From contig CM102283.1 in assembly GCA_046563655.1 (NCBI GenBank), positions 1,240,001 through 1,304,000 on the forward strand: a DNA stretch of 64,000 nt, given 5' to 3'. Under the pieces are notes generated by a model. That model saw only the letters and a list, made by a program, of their open reading frames with translations. It was not told the origin of the DNA and searched no databases. Shown here one piece after another: positions 14,801-28,806 of this stretch. Position numbers and translations under genes: made by a program. Position 1 is the first letter of the stretch, and each line of letters starts with the position of its first letter. Source of the stretch: Yuukianura sp. NJ FZ-2021. Its lineage: Eukaryota.

Positions 14801-15531
14801 CGGATTCAACTGAAAGCTAAAAAGAAGAAGAAGCGAAGATCGTGGAGAAAGTATTTTTTCAACTCAGACTTGTGTGCGTCACTTTCACTTTTTTTTTTAT
14901 TTTCGCTAAAAATAAAAGCTGATTCGTGCAGCGGCGCCAAATATAAAGCCAAAATTTCAGGAAAGTAAAGCAAAAGTGTAAACGTTATTTCAAAATTTTG
15001 TTTCTAATTTTTAAAGTTAGCTTGAATAACTATATTCTAAAGCGGGTTGAAGTAGTTCGACAAATGGTATTAAACTTTTTCGTAAAGTTGGAAGAAGTCT
15101 TTTTCTCAAAAATATTCCTCTTTGCTTTTAACAATTTAAAATATTTAACTTAAAGTACTTTGTACGATACTTGTATTTAACACAAGAAATTTACAAGTAC
15201 ACATAAATACTTACATATTTGCATCATATTTGCGTCCCTTCCTATTCAAGGTAACCGTTGGTTTTGACTCGAGTTTCCTGCGTCACAACTGTTTTGGATT
15301 GAATAACATAAATTCCCTCCGCTAGTCGGCTGGTGTTGTTAGTTCCATGTTTTCAAGAATTCCATAAACATTAAACACCGGAGTGAGCGGAATACAAAAT
15401 ACCTAACTAGTTATAGCTATAAAAAAAATGCGGAACGTGCTTAATTTAAATTCAGCGCCTTTGTCACATTGATTTGAACTTCAAATTTACCGTAACGCTT
15501 ACTAAAGTCCTCCATCCATTGCCTCATCACG

Positions 15532-16251
15532 ATGGGTTTTGCTAACTCACGTACGTCCAACCAGTTGTCGATTCCGTTTCCACAAAAGCAGTTAGATGGC
15601 GCCGTAGTCCGGCTCGAGCGAAAGGCAGCTGATAGAGAGTTGATACATAGCCCACTCGAGAAAGAACCAAAATGTGAATTCTATGCCGGTGTTATTGGAT
15701 CTCTGATGCATACATATTTAGCCATGCCTGTACCCGACTCTCAGAAACTCCCTTTTTTGTTTCCCTTCCTACAAAATTTGATACACCGTGGTATTCGAAG
15801 AGCTTCATTAAAGTTACACCATGGCAGGCGAGAGGTTACTGGAACCACAATTACAGTCTGGACTCCTGCTATCACATTAGTGGGTAAAGTTTATGACATA
15901 AATGAAATACATTTTTCCGTGATTAATTTGTGCTTTGGCTGATCATGCTTTGGTTTTGTTTAAATATTTTTCAGTGGTATGAAATGCCCAACAACTGCAA
16001 GCGGGGAGCATTGTAGTGTGGGCAACCGCTACAAGTTGCGATACGTGTTAACTGGAGTTTTATGGTCCAACGTTGCTCAAGTTGAAGAAATTTTAATCAA
16101 ATGTGGCATCAAGGCTCTGCAGCTGGTGAGGTGTACTTTGACCGAAGGATCAAGGGCAAGCATAAGCAAAGTTATTGTCGGGGTAGATATCCCAGTGAAT
16201 TTTGTGTCTTACCTTGAGAAAAAACTACTAGCATTACAAAACCAGCGTTAA
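15532..16251 (+). other. Possible small hypothetical gene or pseudogene (two ORF blocks)
   Basis: 136-aa and 90-aa ORFs in a GC-richer island, with a GTAAAG donor near 15884, a tttcag acceptor at 15975 and AATAAA near 16377. The frames join only with a frameshift; no family recognised. Confidence 0.25.
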
Positions 16252-16640
16252 GGTATTACCAGATAACCTGTTTCGGGTTCAAGGTGAAGATAGAAAAAAA
16301 AATTTACATAGCAATGAACTAGTCGTAACATCTTCTATTCTCATATCTAGATTTTACTTAGTACATGTTAACTTGTAATAAAATCAGTGATAAGGCACAC
16401 TTCTCTAAAAAACTATAGCCTTGAACTTGTGAAACGAGTTACGAGTTACTTATGACTAATTGCTGTTTCAGACGATACAAGTTGGAATTTCTTTAGACTA
16501 AATCTAATATTAAAGAGTAATTGCAAACCGAAATATAGAGCGAATTATAGAATATAAATATAGATTCTATATTCATATTCTATATTTTGAAATATGGAAC
16601 AGCTACACTTACAGCACAATTTATACGAAAAAATTATAAA

Positions 16641-18071
16641 CTAGAATCTTCGGTGGCCTACGGCCACCGAAAGATTCTAGACTGTAGCGTACGTACCAGT
16701 TTGACTGACTAATCGCACAAAAAACGATTACACAATAGTTAAATTTAGAAAAACACGGGCCAAAAACAAATGTTGGGTGCAATTATCCAATATTTAGTTT
16801 ATTTCAACCGTTGCTTGTACAAAATTGTCATGCGCGCAGCGGAGGGTAGATTCGCTATTGGGAGTTATTCGCTATTCTTTCTGTTGTGATTTCTGCTTTC
16901 CTTTCCGATTTTTCGGTTTATAGTTGCCTTTCCCGTGACAACAGAATCCCTCGCATCATTCTGATATGAAACAAGCAGGGAACGGAAATGCATTTATACA
17001 TTCCGTTCCTATGCCATTCCTCTTTACTTTTCTTAATTTTCGAAAGTTGAACTCGGTTCAACTTTTCGAAGGAAAGTAGAGAGGAAAAGATTTAAATAAT
17101 AAACTCCGTATGTTGCTTAGGCGATGAGCCATTTTCCTAAATAAACGGTTGACACTTTCTCTGCAGAATTCAGCAAAGAAAGAAGAATGGCATGGGAAAA
17201 AATTCCTTTCTGCTGAATTTTGGCAGCAAGTATAAATGAAACACTGAACGTAAAGGTAACGGCATGGGAACGTTCACGGCATGGTAACAGAATGTGTAAA
17301 TTCGGCATAAATGAGGAGAGTGGATAAGAAGACCACTACACTATGGTCGGATTCTGAAAAAAAAGTTCAGTCCTATTTTGAAACAAACTTTAATCACACC
17401 GTTTCCATTGACAACTGAGGCGGTTGAAAGAAGGGAAGCGTGTAGAGGTTGAGTAACCGTTGACTCTGGCTCGAAAAACGACTTGGCCTTGATTGACAAC
17501 CGAGCAGACAGACATAAAAGACAATGAAAAGTTTGGTAACAGATTTTTTTTTTGAAAGTACGCTAAATCTCAACGTACAACATCAAGGTGTCAGTGCGAA
17601 ATCACAAATTCGCAAATAATGATTATTGCAACCAAGAAAATAAACAAAAATTTAGAGATACTTTGGATAAGCTTTGGGCAATAACTAAGCATTATGAGCC
17701 GATTTGCACCTCAAAATATCAAAGACCAAGTCTTCCAGAACGCTAATCACCCTTTGGTTTGTCATTAGAGGGTGAGGCTTTTTGAGGCCAAAAATCAATC
17801 GGTACGTCAATTTTTTGGTCAAAATGCGCTGATAAGTTAGTTTGTTTACAAAATTTATTTGATTCCCTGGGAACCAAAAAATAAAATAAACGACCATAGT
17901 GCACTACTATGACATATAGCTTGTTTTCCTCGTGTGCTTGAGTGAGAGTTAACTGTTTATGTTTTGCTCCTGTTCACACAAAGTGAATAAGAGAGCCAGG
18001 AGTTAACTCTCATTTCACTCACACACAGAGGACAGGAGGACTGTGTTAGAGATGCTGTAATATGTAGTAGA
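16641..18071 (-). mobile_element. Non-autonomous Helitron, copy 2 (1431 bp)
   Basis: Same TC...hairpin-CTAG termini and A|T insertion site as 9284-10713; identity stops exactly at the termini. Confidence 0.85.
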
Positions 18072-18149
18072 TATAAGTTACAGGAATTTCAAACGGTTGA
18101 GTCCTGTTTAAACCCGCCAAAGTAGACTGCGCTGGCAAAGTGGGTAAAA

Positions 18150-19002
18150 TAAATGTCGCGAAGGTATATGTCGCCAAATTAGTGTCGCCAGGTAAATTGT
18201 CATTTGTCGCCAAATGCTAGCGTGAAGTTTAAGGAATTACAAAACACTTAAGTAACTTGTTACGGCGGGAAAGTGTCAAAAATTCTGCCACTTGGCGACA
18301 TTCATCACTTAACGACATTTGTCGGGCGACATATCTTTTGTAACATTGTATTGACAAAATTCGACATCTTACGAAATTTCTGACGGCGACATTCAAATTT
18401 ACAACATTTATCTTTCCAACATTCGCACGGCGACATTTCAACTAACTCGAATCGGCGACATTCCTAAGTTATTTGCCACAAGCAACAACATTCGTTAATT
18501 GCAATAGGGGTGACTGGCGACCTTGAAACCGGCGACACGCGTTTCGGCAGCATTGCAGTTAAGGGCATCAGTTGGCGACATTGCAATTTGCGACAGGTTA
18601 TGGCGACATTGAAACTAGTAAAATTCGACCCGGCGACATCGGTTACGGCGGCATTATCGTTTTAGGTTGTCTCTATTGGCGACTGACGTTGAAATTGGCG
18701 ACATTTCAAATGGATATATGTTATGGCGACATTTCATGTGGCGACATTTCAAATGGCATACGTTATGGCGACATTTCAAATGGCATACGTTAGGGCGACA
18801 TTTCAAGTGGCGACATTGCAATTGGCGACATTTCAAATGGACATATGTTATGGCGACATTTCAAGTGGCGACATTGCAATTGGCAACGTTGCACTTGGCA
18901 ACATTGCAATTGAAAATGCAACTGGCGACATTGCTTTAGGAGGCTTAGGTTACGGCGACATTGTCATTTAATCTTATTTTAAGAAGCTACATGGCGACAT
19001 TT
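18150..19002. repeat. GGCGACATT-based satellite / foldback-like repeat array
   Basis: Dozens of ggcgacatt motifs, inverted (tgtcgcc) at the left end; higher-order units of about 15 and 28 bp at 18700-18900. Confidence 0.75.
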
Positions 19003-19491
19003 AGTAACGATACGTTTAAAACAAGACTGTTGTTTTAAAAATTACGCTGCGCGTCTCAATTTTCCCAATCAAAGGGCTTTTCCTCCTGTATTCTATATTT
19101 CATAATCGAAATTACAGAACTTTTCTATATTTCCCATAATCGCAAAATATAGAATATGGAGCGTTCCATATTCTATATCTATATTCTATATTCTATATTT
19201 TCCATAAACTGAGTTGCTATAACTCTCTATTATTTTTAGGGTTATTAAATTATTAGTGAATCTAGTAATACTTTGGGTATATTCAGCAAAATGAAATGAA
19301 ATAGATAGTATTGCCGTATTTAAGTCATAATTACATTTGAATATTCCATTGGCAAAGTTTTTATTATGTGTAAAATATGGTCAGTGATTTCTCAATTCAC
19401 TAGAGAGTAATGAGTAATGATGGAACTATGGAACCATATAAATACTTCAGACAATCCCAAACACTAAAAGCATAGTGTAGTTTAACCTTGT

Positions 19492-21792
19492 TTAAATTCG
19501 AGTGGGTATGGATTGGGGAAAGTAGAAAAAGTTGGCGGGATCGTACTTCCGTTTGATGCGTACCAACTTTTCTACGTGTTGGCCATAGTACCTTTCCAAA
19601 TAATCGGGAAGGTCTCCATCTATGTCGTTTTGGTAGGACTCTGTACTACCGAATGTATTTACTCCAAAGTCGAAGAATTTCTGGACATAGCCAACTCCAA
19701 TGGCGTCCTCGGTAGGAGTAGGCGATGGATTCATGTATGTAGCTATGGCACAGTACAGAGTTGGCCCTCTATGAACGAACGCCGTTTCATTGATCCCGAT
19801 TGACCTTACTGCTCCACCAGAACCATCCAGAAAGACGTTCACTGTACTCGGCATTTCTTGCAATAAAGTTTGAAACTGGGCTAGCCCCTCATCTCCAATG
19901 ATTTGTTGTACATAAAAGGACTTGGGTTTCATGTAGACAACATTGTCTGATGAACGGTTGATTTTGAGCATATCCGGAGGTGTGTTGAGTTCCTGTGTGG
20001 TCTGTGCATTCAGCATTCCTTCGGTATGAATTTAAAGCAAAATTAATGCTAACGCAGTAGTAATGTTAATACTTGAAAGAAAATTAATAAAATGTAGTCG
20101 TTGTATATGTTTTTTACAAACCTGGAAATTTTGCCCAGTATAAAATATACTCTGGATAGGTACGAAATGACTCAGTGACAGACATTGGTTGCGGTAGTAG
20201 AGGCCGGAATTTTTCAAAATTTTCAGAAGTACCGCTCACATCAGTGAATCTCAGTAAAAAATCAGCGCTGTTTGGGATTATTACTTTGGTTGTTACATTG
20301 CTTGTCTTGTCTTCCTCGTTAAGAAAATTTTGCCAAACATCTAGCACTGCTGCCAATTGCTCCGTGGTAAACATTACGATGGCTTCATAAACGATAGGTG
20401 GAGTTGGATGCGTTCGGAACAAGTATTGTGTTGCGATGCCAAATGAAACTGCTCCACCACCGCGCATTGCCCAATACAAATCTAGATGTTTAGGCAAAAA
20501 ATTAATAACTTTTATTAAATGTTTATAAGCTCAGTGAGGTTAGATTTTTCAATAAGCTCTTGATTTTCTCAAAATCAAATGGTTTTCATTTTTAAATTTA
20601 AACCATTCACGGATGATACCCTTTTTCTTGATAACCAGGGATGTCAAATATATTTAGTCTAAATGTCCGTAATGTGAAAAAAAACATTTGTGGGTTTTCG
20701 TATCCAAATATTTATTTGCCCATGCCCATTTGCCCATATATTTTAAATCTGAATTAAATTTAAAAAAGAAATATTTTTTTTGTCAATATTTCGGGAGTTT
20801 TTAGGACATATTTTTGACATCCCTGTATAATTTATTCACAGAGACAAAAAAAATTGTTTTGTGACCTTGTTTATTGTAAATACAAAATTTTACCTTGGTG
20901 CTCGTCGGAATTGGCCCGAACAACTTCGCCATTAGCCAGGACAACCCGTATTTGTAAAATGTTGTCCAATGCGGCTCCATAGGTGCCTTCAAAGGCCCCC
21001 AGCCCTCCGCCAAGCACAGTTGAAATACCCACGGCCGGACAGTTTGTCACGGGAACAAGCACCTTCAGCCAAATTTTTGTGCTTTAGCGAAACCATGTTT
21101 ATCTTCTTATTTTTTATATCAGATTTGCAATCTTTTAATATTGAGAGGCTCTTAAAGTTTTTTTTAAAGTCACTTTATTTCTTTAAAAAAAACTGGAACG
21201 AAAGAAAAAATATGGGTGAAAAACGGCTATTTCTAGGCAAATTTAAGCCTTTTATTAAAAAGCCAATTGGCGCCTATTTTCCAAAATATAAAAAATTTAA
21301 TAAATTGTTAACTTCCCTTACCTCAGAATCGGCCCACAGTTGATACGTAAGTGGTGCGTTGAGGTTCCCTGGACCAATAATAGCCGTTTCCTCGACGCTG
21401 TTGACCTTGACCTCATTCAAAAGTCGGAGGTCAATCACAACACTGGAGTTATCTCCATATGAATACTTTTCAAAAGAATGACCACCGCTTTTCGGGACGA
21501 CTCGAACTTTCAATGATTTACAACAACGAACGGTTGCTGCTACGTGTGATTCAGTTTGTGGAATAACAAATGCAAATGGGTTAATGGTGCTTGGTTTCAG
21601 TTGCCAATGTTGATTAAATTCTGCATATCGAGCGTCGTTCCGAAATACGACTGCCGAATTGGGTATACCAAACGCAGCAAAACATTTTTTCAAAACTTCC
21701 ATATTCAAATTTTCCAGTTGAAGGCTGGAGACGTGGAGTGTGAAAAACACTACGATAGAAAACACAACCAATGTTTTCATGGTAGTAGCCAT
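19492..21792 (-). CDS. Secreted berberine-bridge-enzyme-like FAD-linked oxidoreductase, copy A (exons 21792-21322, 21062-20894, 20481-20122, 20018-19492; ~508 aa)
   Basis: Signal peptide; PKSGGHSFE FAD-His motif; VIDL; NCPAVG second flavinylation Cys; DLYWAMRGGG..FGI; C-terminal YQN..D...YYG..L..IKRKYDP.NFF BBE domain. GT-AG introns keep the frame. Confidence 0.9.
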
Positions 21793-22741
21793 GGTCAAAA
21801 CAAAGTTTAAACTTTTAATTTAAAAAAAATTAAATATGATGTGCACTAAATAAGAATATTCTACTCGTTCACTTCAACTTCTTTGCGATCTTTTGAAATT
21901 TCAATTAGTAATGGCATTTGGAGTCTGTTGTGGATAGAAAGTAAATTGCGAAAAGAAACTGAGAAGATTGTAATTTATATACTCGAATATTGTACAGTTA
22001 GGTTCGAAACAGTCTCTTAAACTAGGCGTTATGGTAAGGGCTCTTTCATAGGAAGTCAAGGTCAGAAAAAGGTGAGATGTATTCAAGGGCACCTAGTCAT
22101 TCTAGAGCCCTTGATTAAGGGACCCTGACCTCTATTCAAAGGCCAGGGTTATCAGCATGACGCATATGTCAAAGTCGTCTCGCACTTATCAATTTCAGAA
22201 ATAAAAAGCCTAGTAATTTAACACAATTCCAACAAAGTTGGAACATCGCGGTTTCATAATGCTAGACTGTTTTTAATTAAAAAAAATATTAATAATGAAT
22301 AATAAACGATTATGTGTATATGTTATAATAAGCTTATTAATTACTCCCAATTTGCCGTTTTAGCGCTATAACTTATTTCTCCGAAAAATAAAAAACAAGA
22401 AATAGAACCATCCATTTATTTGATGAGTAAAGGAATCGGGTTTCAGAAGGAAGAAATGTAATTTCGATACGAACATTAAACTTAAGTTAGTTTTTTTTTG
22501 GGCGTTTTTTTGAGCAGTTTTGAGCTGACAATGAAATGAACTGAAATGGATTAAACGAAATAGTATTGCCGTATTCAAGTGATAATTTTATTTTAATATT
22601 CCATGGACAAAGTTTTTATTATGTGTAAAAGATGATTAGTGATTTCTCAATTAACTAGAGAGTAATGAAGGAAAGATGGAAACATAAATACTTTAAGCAA
22701 TCCTAAACACTAAGCATACTAGTGTATTAGTTTATGCTTGT

Positions 22742-25311
22742 TTAAATTCGAGCGGGTATGGATTGCGGATAATGGAAAAAGTTGGTGGGATCGTACTTCC
22801 GTTTGATACGTACCAACTTTTCAAGGTGTTGGCCATAGTACCTCTGCAAATAATCGGTAAGGTCTCCATCCACTTCGTTCTGGTAAGACTGTGTGCTGCC
22901 AAATGTACTTACTCCAAAGTCGAAAAATTTCTGGACAAAGCCAACCCCAATGGCGTTCTCGGTAGGGGTAGGAGATGGATTGACGTAGGTAGCTATGGCA
23001 AGGTACAGAGTTGAACCTCTATGGACAAACGCAGTTTCATCGACACCTATTGACCTTAGTGCTCCACCAGCGCCATCCAGAAAGACGTTGACTGTACTCG
23101 GCATTTCTTGCAACAAAGTTTGAAACTGGGCTAGCCCCTCACTTCCAATGATTTGTTGTACAAAGAAGGACTTGGGTTTTACATAGCCGACATTGTCAGA
23201 TGAACGGTTGATTTTTAGCATATCCAGAGGTGTGTTGAGTTCCTGTGTGGTTTGTGCATTCAGCATTCCTTCGGGATAAATTTTTTGAAAAAAGTTTAGG
23301 TGAGTAACAGTTAGCAATAAATCTGCAATAATAGGGAGTTTGCGTTTCAAATCATTTATAGAATTTATAGAAAGTATAGAATTTAGCAAGCCCCGCCCCT
23401 TTTAACACCACTCCACTCGTTTTGTTACGGCTCTCGAGATTGGTCAATTTCAAATCCGTGACGTCATTTTCTAAACTTTTATTTATGGAATTCATAGAAC
23501 GTGTTTATAAATTTTGGAGATCCGGAAAGTTGAAGAAGTGACGTCACTTCCTCACTTCTCACCGTAAATTCTATACTTTCTATAAATTCTATAAATGATT
23601 TATAACGCAAACTTCCTTATAATGCTATAACTTAAAAGAAAATTAATAAAATGTAGTCGTTGTATATGTTTTTTACAAACCTGGAAATTTTGCCCAGAAC
23701 AAAATGTATTCTGGGTAGGTACGGAATGATTCAGTGACAGAGATTGGTTGTGGCAGTAGAGGCCGAAATTTTTCAAAATTTTGAGAAGTACCGCTCACAT
23801 CAGTGAATCTCAGTGAAACATCAGCGCTGGTTGGGATAAACACTTTAGTGGATACATTGCTTGGCTTGTCTTCCTCGTTAAGAAAATTTTGCCAAACATC
23901 TAGCACTGCTGCCAGTTGCCCCATGTTAAACTGTACAATGGCTTCATACACGATAGGTGGAGCCCGATGTGTTCGAAACAGGTATTGTGTTGCGATGCCA
24001 AACGAAACTGTTCCACCACCACGCATTGCCCAATACAAATCTAGATACGTTTGGGGGAAAATGGATAATTTTTAAATGTTTATAAGCGAAGTGCTATGTC
24101 GTTCTGCACAGAAGTAATTCCCGAGTTTTGAAAAAAACCGCCAAAGACACTTTGTCGAACTAAAGGAAGTTTACTTGGCGGTTTTTTTTCAAAATTCGGA
24201 AACTACTACTGTATCCTTCTTCTCTTTTCGTGATAAGTTATTGACAAAAAAAAATTTGTTTTGTGATCAAGATTTTAATGTGAAAAGAACAGGAAAAGGA
24301 ATTTAGTTATAAATCCAAAATTTTACCTGGTCGCTTTTTGGAGTTGGCCACAACTACTTCGCCATTAGCTAGGACAACCCGTATTTCCAAAATGTTGTCC
24401 AACGCGGCTCCATACGTGCCTTCAAATGCTCCCAGTCCACCGCCAAGTACAGTTGAAATGCCCACGGCTGGACAATTTGTCACGGGAACAAGCACCTATA
24501 ACAAAGTTCTTATGATTTACCGAAACCGGTCATATATTTATCTTCTTATTTTTTAAATATAACTTTAGCAATGGTTTAATATTGAGAGGCTCGTAAAGTT
24601 TTTTTTTTAAGTCATTTAATTTTTATTTAAAAGAATGTTTAGAAACTTGTATCCAAAGTTTTTTGGCAGTCAAAAAACTTTTGTTTTTATCCCTAAGCCA
24701 ATTTACACCTTGAGTTTCTCTCAACTGTCCAAGATGAGATTACTACGCAAACTGTGAAAAACTTTAGTAGAATGTTTTAAATCTTTGTTGTTACGTTTAA
24801 AACAATTTCGAAACTTAGTAAATTGTAAACCCTCCTTTACCTTAGAATCGGCCCACAGTTGATACGTTAGTGGTGCATTGAGGTTCCCTGGACCAATCGT
24901 AGCCGTTTCCTCGACCCTGTTGACCTTGACCTCATTCAAAAATCGGAGGTCAATCACAACACTGGCGTTGTCTCCATATGAATACTTTTCAAAAGAATGA
25001 CCACCGCTTTTCGGGACGACTCGAACTTTCAATGATTTACAACAACGAACGGTTGCTGCTACGTGTGATTCAGTTTGTGGAATAACAAATGCAAATGGGT
25101 TAATGGTGCTTGGTTTCAGTTGCCACGGTTGATTAAATTCTGCATATCGAGCGTCGTTCCGAAATACGACTGCCGAATCTGGAATACCAAACGCAGCAAA
25201 ACATTTTCTCAAAACCTCCATATTTAAATTTTCCAGTTGAAGACTGGAGACGTGAAGTGTGAAAAACACTACGATAGAAAACACAACCAATGTTTTCATG
25301 GTAGTAGCCAT
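22742..25311 (-). CDS. Secreted BBE-like FAD-linked oxidoreductase, copy B (exons 25311-24841, 24495-24327, 24040-23681, 23268-22742)
   Basis: Tandem paralog of copy A with identical exon lengths (471/169/360/527) and the same motifs. Confidence 0.9.
23333..23617. mobile_element. MITE in intron 3 of BBE-like copy B
   Basis: ~50-bp TIRs (agggagtttgcgtttcaaatcatttatagaatttatagaaagtatagaattta and its complement); absent from the equivalent intron of copy A. Confidence 0.8.
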
Positions 25312-26021
25312 GGTCAAAACGCAGTTTAAATTTTTGATTTAAAAAAAAATTGAATTGTGCACTAAGAATATTCTAGTCGTTTAAACTCTTTGTGATCGCT
25401 TGAAACTTCAAATAATGGCAGTAGAATGCACAAAGAAACACGAAAGAACAGAATTTATAAACTCGTGTGTTTTACATTTAGGTTTTAACCCATGCCCTCT
25501 CCAAAATTAAGCCTAATGGTAAAGGCCTCTTTCATAGGAAACAAAGGGCCGCAAAGCATTAAATGTATTTAAGGCGTAGGACTAAGGGCCCCTAGTTATT
25601 CCAGGGTCCTTAAGTGCCTCTGGCCCATAGTCAAGGGTCATGGCTATCAAAAAGTCGTAAATGTCACGGTACTTTCTCAGTTGAACCTGTGAATTTCAGA
25701 AATAGAATAAAAAATATTCTATTCAACACAATCGCCGCAACAAAGTTGACAACATCGCAGTTTCAGGATAAAGTTTACATTTTCAGCATGTATTTATTTC
25801 GTGCCAAGAGTATTCCACATGTATTGAATCCTTCTCAAATTGATTGACACTTCTGAATTTAACTTGATTTTAATTAAAAATTCAATAATTTTTGAAATGC
25901 AAAACACAACTTTGGCATTGATTGGGATTTCAGTATTTGCATTACTAAAGCTGATTTAGGTTTTGAACTAAAGAATTAGCTTTTAGGTCTTAAACTATGT
26001 ATTGACGACAAGGTCAATTTT

Positions 26022-28806
26022 CTATTTAAGATATGGGTACATTGCATTGAATTTTTTGTAGTGCAACTCCTTGGGATTAACCATAACGACTACTCGAGTA
26101 GTGCTGTGTTTCCTAGTGCGCAAGCAGGAAACAAATTCCGCCAAAATTGAAATCAGCGTGAGGAAAATACATAGCACGTAGATGTAAAAGAGAATCCGAA
26201 TTTTAGTATTCAAATTCATTGCCTTTGGAATTTTGGTTTGATCTTCTAACTTTCCATACTTTTCTCTGAAGTCTTGCATCCAAGATATCGTGTCATTTAG
26301 TTTTGCTAATTTGTCCAGTCTGTCGTTGATTCCCGCTTCGACAAAAGCCGATAGATGGCGCTGTAGTTCCTTACGAGCGATATGCATTGGATGGAGTGTG
26401 ATGCCCCACTTTGTACTTTTGAGTACCTTTGTTTTGTCCTGTAGGACGTAGATGCTAGGGGTTAGTGACCTGTTGGCGTCAAAGATGTCCATGTACAAGT
26501 ACTTGTTAAGCAGGTCAAGAGGGTCAATGTACATTACCCCATCGCAGGCATCCAGTGCCTCCGTAATCGATGAGTTACATTTGTGCGGTTTTGTGTTTTT
26601 TACAAGTTTCATCAAAAGTTGACCTTTGCGCGTTTCAAGCACAGACTCGTTGAAATTTTCAAAAGACTTTTTAGGTCCCAGTTTTGCGTAAACTGCAAGT
26701 CGTGATTCGATGGACTCCGGAATTTGGTCTATGAGACCAAATCGCGTTTTGTAAGTAAAGTAATCTGCACAAGTTCCCTGGATTTCACCTCCAGTTAACG
26801 GGTGAGGAACTTTAAGTTTTCCGAAACGTAACTCCAGGAGTGAATTGAACGACGTTTCAAGGTCATTCGGGTAATTACAGCATCCAAGGTAAAGTCCTTT
26901 GCTGTACTCAAAGTGCTCGATAACTGAAGTAAACCCAAGGTCAATCGCTGCTTCGAGTGACTCTACCCCTGATGCATCAAAAGGCTTGACAACTGATGTT
27001 ATGACTACTCCTTTGTACCCATTAGATAGAACAACCCCGGTCAGAACGAAAACGGCAAAAATTGGCGGGAAAGACAAAAGTTTGAATTTTCTGGACGTAA
27101 CGTCAAATGACTCCTCTAGGAAGATTGACATAAGTAAAAATGGGAGGATGTCTTTGATTTTTTTGAAGTGGGGAATAAGGTAGTAGCCGACGCACGGAAC
27201 AACGCATGCGCAGATGAGACACAGCCAAACTGCCCAGCTGAACGGTTTGACGTAGTCGTAGATTCCCATTTTCATGTTGAGTCCAGAGCATGTGATTGCA
27301 CCTAGGTTAACATCAGCCACAGAGAGGAATAGTACGTCTGACCCCACTGTTTTCTGCATAAACGGTTGCAGACTGAGGTCAACCACCCACGTATTGGTTT
27401 TCCAGGAGCTAGCGAGTAGTTTAAGATATCTACGGACATCATGACTTCCGTCGACGATGAGGGACGAGTTGAATCCTGCCGCGATGAACGACACGATTTC
27501 CGACTGTGTTGCGTTAATTGCCGGGTAGTAAATTTTATCTTGGGGTTTTGGCGGATCTTTGAAGTGAGAGTGAATCAGGATCGCAATGCTGGTTTTCCTA
27601 AATCCAGCTACGATGTTTGCAATTTCAGTCTGATCCAAACCTAATTTTTTTTTAAACTCCAGTAATAATTCATCATCATCCTGAAATCTTAACTCACCAA
27701 GGTTCCTTGACAATGAAAAGTGAATTTCTTTAAAGGTTGAGTACTACCTCGCTTGTTGGTTGAGTACTACCTCGCTTGTTGATAAAAAAAATGAAAACAA
27801 CAAAAATTGGCACCAATCCAAATAAATTGATACCAATTCATATGCAAAATTTAAAAAATTCGGCCGTACTGTTATGAGTACAACGACCTGATATGAAAAT
27901 ACACTTTTTCTAGTAAAATAGGTACAACATGAGGTATTACCCAACCTGTTAAAAAAATCAAACTCGACAAACCTTGTACCTAACTACATAAAGACTATTA
28001 AGATTACCGTTCAGAAACGTTAAACGTTGCTCGAACTCAGCGAAGTAAAGATTCCGCGGCAGAGAAATTCCAATATGGCAGGTTACGCCATCTACCTCCT
28101 GCGTTTTCCACTGTGGCGCCATCGTCACAATCGGAATGTGGAAAAATGACATCGAATTCCTCTCCTCTGAATCCAAGTCCATTTCCCAAGCTTTTCGCAA
28201 CCTCCGATTCTTATCCAAAAACGCCTCAGGGGAGGTCATCACCCCAATGTAAATTTGAGTGGGAAAAAATGGCGGGAAAGTATAAATTGAGGTGTCTAGA
28301 ATATCAAGGGGTTTGGATTTTTTCGTCCATAAGAACTCCTGTAAGTCTGCTCTACTCCAATAGTTATTGAGGTACCAGTAGATGTCGACTTCGTCTTTGA
28401 CTTGATCTTCTGGGTACATGCTCAGAACACCCAGACAACGTACACCTCGAATCATGTAGTTTTGAAGGACATATGAGCAGATATTGATGTTGAAACTGAA
28501 GGAGTGTTGAGATCCGGATTCTCCTTGACCATCTTTGCCCTCCTTGCCCAAGAAACATGATGTGTTGGCGTAGGGGTCAAAGTAAGGCGTCGCAATTGCG
28601 ACAGGAACTGACGCCGAGAAAATGTCGCTCAAGATGGGTGGAAATGATGGTGTAATTGTGCGGTTGTAGAGAATAAGATGAACGTAACAGTTTTCCCATT
28701 GTTGAATGAAAGGACTCAAATTTATAAAATCTGGAACCGAATTTGCAGAAACAAAATGTACAAATATTGTCCAAAAATTAACCGTAGCAAAATAGTTGTT
28801 CGCCAT
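26022..28806 (-). CDS. Divergent ionotropic receptor (IR/iGluR)-like protein 1 (exons 28806-28008, 27640-26022)
   Basis: Signal peptide; YDYVKPFSWAVWLCL (pre-M1/M1); LSNGYKGVVITSVVKP (M3-like); AFVEAGI; terminal TM helix. Phase-1 GT-AG intron. Confidence 0.7.

Noticed and set aside
18572-18971. Repetitive ORFs (WRHFK, ATFQ, GDIS); superficially CRISPR-like or antifreeze-like
   Set aside because: Satellite open in multiple frames; no unique spacers, no cas genes, no signal peptide or splice context.
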